A program made the translations under genes and the position numbers. The notes beneath the pieces were generated by a model. It was not told the origin of the DNA, did no database searches, and saw only the letters and a list, made by a program, of their open reading frames with translations. A stretch of 64,000 nucleotides of DNA from Candidatus Bathyarchaeota archaeon (lineage in GTDB: Archaea > Thermoproteota > Bathyarchaeia > Bathyarchaeales > Bathycorpusculaceae). This document shows, piece after piece, positions 61,260 through 64,000 of this stretch (positions are counted from its first letter, which is position 1; each line of letters opens with the position of its first letter). The stretch spans positions 256,001-320,000 of the forward strand of contig CAWEPZ010000009.1 of NCBI GenBank assembly GCA_963811105.1. The letters are read 5' to 3'.

Positions 61260-61421
61260 TTACTCTACGAGTGGGATTGCTTCTCTCAGCACGTGTCTTA
61301 TTGCGTTGCTTCTTGTGAGTCCCCGTGCTTTTGACCATCTGTCGATTTCTTTGACGTACTCGTTTGACTCTTCAAAGGATACAGTTTGGTGACCTGTTCT
61401 AATTTTCTTCGATGTCTCCAA
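61260..61421 (-). CDS. CopG-like ribbon-helix-helix regulator, 53 aa (not in ORF track)
   Basis: TVSFEE...YVKEIDRWSKARGLTRSNAIRHVLREA; SD AGGAG; first gene of the leftward operon. Confidence 0.8.
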   Translation of the reverse strand: METSKKIRTGHQTVSFEESNEYVKEIDRWSKARGLTRSNAIRHVLREAIPLVE

Positions 61422-61576
61422 CTCAAATTTCTCCTTTTTTTCTTAGCACTTACTAAACCTTCTTAGTTTTAAAGGTTGCTAACAACGTGTCAATAACTGA
61501 GTAACTTAGTTACCGAAATTGATTGGAAAGTGACAATCTTCACCATCGAAGATTCCATGTGTCTGTCAACAACATG

Positions 61577-61722
61577 GGGTTTGTACAATATTGTACAAAC
61601 CCTTCCAGAGTTCTGTCAACAGTCTTTGCTTGCAGAAAAAGGAAGACAAAACTTAGAAGCTACTTATCCAAAGAATGGTCAAAAAGGATTCCAACCAGTG
61701 CTTGTACAATCTTGTACAAGCA
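61577..61722. repeat. Two palindromes built on TTGTACAA-NN-TTGTACAA (candidate origin/operator)
   Basis: Perfect 26-bp palindrome GGGTTTGTACAATATTGTACAAACCC (61577-61602); TGCTTGTACAA-TC-TTGTACAAGCA (61699-61722). Confidence 0.8.
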
Positions 61723-61822
61723 TTAACTCTGTTGAGAAGGTTGATTCTCTCGAGACTGTAACTCAAAACTGCAAGCAACTGAGTAAGCCTTAAATTTGCT
61801 GTTCTACTTATTAGAACTTAAT

Positions 61823-61839
61823 TTCTAACAATTGGACTT
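61823..61839 (+). repeat. attR core TTCTAACAATTGGACTT
   Basis: Identical to 54117-54133. Confidence 0.88.
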
Positions 61840-61883
61840 ATATGCTCCTTGCAATTTCTTATGTTCCTTGGGGGTTCAAGTGC

Positions 61884-62330
61884 TTGAACGGTAAAGAGGA
61901 AACTGACCTGGAATATGCGCTAAAAGGCAAAGCATGGAAAGTTTATTGGTTTCTACTCAAAACTGGCAATCCTGTGGGTGTCCGCGAGGTTCAACGTGCG
62001 CTGCATTTCAGCAGCCCAAGCATCGCATTTCATCATCTTGAGCAGTTACGAGAACTTGGATTGGTTCAGAAGCAAGAGATTGGTGGACACTACTCATTGG
62101 TTGGGGAAGTAAAAATCGGTGTATTACGTCACTATGTTAAGCTTGGGAAATTGCTGTTTCCAAGATATTTCTTCTACGCCTTATTCTCGACCATGTTCTA
62201 CATTTTGTATTTGACCATTCTGTTCAGCGGTTTCACCCGAGATAACTTATTCATACTCTCATTCGGAGCAATTGTCTGCGCAATATTCTGGTACGAAGCG
62301 TACCGAATTTGGGCAATGAGGCCATTCTAA
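61884..62330 (+). CDS. Membrane-anchored wHTH transcriptional regulator
   Basis: LKG...KVY..LL...PVGVREVQRAL.FSSPS.A.HHL..L..LGLV, plus two C-terminal TM helices. Likely start TTG 61884. Confidence 0.85.
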   Translation: MNGKEETDLEYALKGKAWKVYWFLLKTGNPVGVREVQRALHFSSPSIAFHHLEQLRELGLVQKQEIGGHYSLVGEVKIGVLRHYVKLGKLLFPRYFFYALFSTMFYILYLTILFSGFTRDNLFILSFGAIVCAIFWYEAYRIWAMRPF

Positions 62331-62405
62331 CTATTAGAACAGCTTGTTCGCAGGCTTAGCATCAAATAAACACGTGCATTATGCTTTAGCAGGAGAAAAA
62401 AATGT

Positions 62406-64000
62406 ATGGTACAAAAAGAAGTTAAGAAAAAGACAACAAGATACGCAATCGTTGCAGTTCTCTCAGCCATAGTGATAGTTACATTAATCTATAGTTTCGG
62501 TGTAGCCCCAACTATTTTTCCGCCTGGGCAAACACCTTTTGTGGCGAGTATGAAAACGTTCTCTTCAATTGATGAACTTAAAACTTACATTACAAACAAT
62601 TCTTTGGGTGGTTCCTATTACAGCGGAGGACCATTGGATTCCCAGTTCTTCGGGAGCCCGCCTCCTATTCCTATGCCTGCATCTGTGTCTTTGTCTCAAG
62701 GTGTATTTGGCTCAGCAGAAACCAATTCCGCTCAAGCTAGTTATTCAACTACCAACATTCAAGTCGCAGGCGTAGATGAAGCAGACACAGTTAAAACAGA
62801 CGGGCAATACATTTACACAACAACGACAACTGAAAATTTACATTATTTTTCTGGTGATTTCGGAACCCAGTCAAGCAACACAGTTTATATATTAAACGCT
62901 GACCCGCAGAACCCCGAGGTTGTGACAAAAATAAATTTAGGCAATGACACTGAACCCGCGGGGCTATTTCTAAGCCAGGATGGCGGCAAACTTGTTGTTT
63001 TGGCAAGTAAATACCAATATTACAGTTACGGCAACGGGATTATGCCCCCTATGTCTGTCGGCACCAATGGCGGTATTGCAATGCCAATGCTTGCATCCTA
63101 TCACTCTGACGTTTATACATTCATCAACGTTTATGATGTAACAAACAAGGCTAACCCCGTGCTTGAGAGCAACTTCACGGTAAGCGGCAGCTACTTCAAT
63201 TCCCGCATGATTGGCAACTACGTTTACGTTGTCGTCAGCCAACCAGCAACAGTACAAAACAACGCTGTAACTCTTCCAGTAGTCTACAACGGCAAAGCCG
63301 AAACCAACATACCGCCAACAAGCATCTATTACACTGACATGGTAGAACCCAGCTACTTCACCTACACCAGCTTCTTTGGCATCAACATCTTAGATGACAC
63401 CCAGCAACCCACCAAACTGACTGTGATGATGGGTGGAGCAAGCACAATGTACGTTTCCCAAAACAACATGTATGTAACTTACCCAACTTGGACAAACGGC
63501 GGTCAATACACTGACATCTATAAAGTCAGCATAAACGGAACCGACTTGACCTTTGAAGCCCAAGGCAACGTGCCAGGCTACACAATAGATCAATATGCAA
63601 TGGATGAGAACAACGACCACTTCCGAGTCGCAACCAACTGGCAAGGCGTAACTACTTCAGCCCCAAATCAGCAGACTAGCTCAAAAATGAACAACGTCTA
63701 CGTGCTGGATTCAAACTTGACCATCGTGGGCAAACTTGAAGGCTTAGCAGAAGGCGAAAACCTACACTCAGTTCGCTTTATGGGCGATAAATGCTACCTT
63801 GTAACCTTCATAAAAACGGACCCCTTATTCGTCATTGACCTCAGCCAACCAACAGACCCCAAAGTTCTCGGTTCACTGCAAATCTCAGGATACTCAGACT
63901 ACCTGCACCCATATGACGAGACACATCTGATTGGCGTAGGCAAAGAAGCATCTGCATCTGACACAGGCAACTTTGCATGGTACCAAGGCATTAAACTGGC
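62406..64000 (+). CDS. Secreted beta-propeller domain protein (partial, runs off the window)
   Basis: N-terminal TM; YSTTNIQVAGVDEADTVKTDGQYIY; QYAMDE...FRVAT; SVRFMGD..YLVTF...DPLFVIDLS; GYSDYLHP. Confidence 0.9.
   Translation, partial: MVQKEVKKKTTRYAIVAVLSAIVIVTLIYSFGVAPTIFPPGQTPFVASMKTFSSIDELKTYITNNSLGGSYYSGGPLDSQFFGSPPPIPMPASVSLSQGVFGSAETNSAQASYSTTNIQVAGVDEADTVKTDGQYIYTTTTTENLHYFSGDFGTQSSNTVYILNADPQNPEVVTKINLGNDTEPAGLFLSQDGGKLVVLASKYQYYSYGNGIMPPMSVGTNGGIAMPMLASYHSDVYTFINVYDVTNKANPVLESNFTVSGSYFNSRMIGNYVYVVVSQPATVQNNAVTLPVVYNGKAETNIPPTSIYYTDMVEPSYFTYTSFFGINILDDTQQPTKLTVMMGGASTMYVSQNNMYVTYPTWTNGGQYTDIYKVSINGTDLTFEAQGNVPGYTIDQYAMDENNDHFRVATNWQGVTTSAPNQQTSSKMNNVYVLDSNLTIVGKLEGLAEGENLHSVRFMGDKCYLVTFIKTDPLFVIDLSQPTDPKVLGSLQISGYSDYLHPYDETHLIGVGKEASASDTGNFAWYQGIKL

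Larger units (their letters stand above)
54117..61839. mobile_element. Integrated plasmid/virus-like element (~7.7 kb)
   Basis: Perfect 17-bp direct repeats at both ends; integrase beside the left repeat; RHH, MCM-like helicase and tightly overlapping small ORFs; host genes resume outside. Confidence 0.9.

Noticed and set aside
1-64000. CRISPR array or rRNA genes
   Set aside because: No regularly spaced 25-45-bp repeats with unique spacers and no rRNA-like sequence seen.

Overview
Archaeal chromosome segment, most consistent with Ca. Bathyarchaeia. Evidence: archaeal DnaG, PolB3, Trm1, EndA, DGGGP synthase, ESCRT-III/CdvB, crenarchaeal-type SSB, an intron-containing tRNA, and many TTG/GTG starts. 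Housekeeping genes (dnaG, polB, pyrH, trm1, proC, lysC, pfkA, ssb, malic enzyme, glyS, endA) are interleaved with ABC exporters, surface proteins, an intact IS5-family element and several decayed genes. The main discovery is an apparently intact ~7.7-kb integrated element (54117-61839). It is bounded by a perfect 17-bp direct repeat lying in a palindromic promoter/operator region rather than a tRNA. It encodes a tyrosine integrase, a CopG-like RHH protein, an MCM-like helicase, several Zn-finger microproteins and a secreted protein, and carries two families of palindromic sites and a candidate structured RNA. Other notable points: dnaG and a membrane hydrolase appear to start at ACG; PolB3 lacks proofreading residues; there is a stand-alone wHTH/NurA/HerA module, a DCD-like protein, a two-intron tRNA-Tyr, and a fossil integrase next to a tRNA 3' fragment. 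All calls come from reading motifs by eye; no database searches were run.
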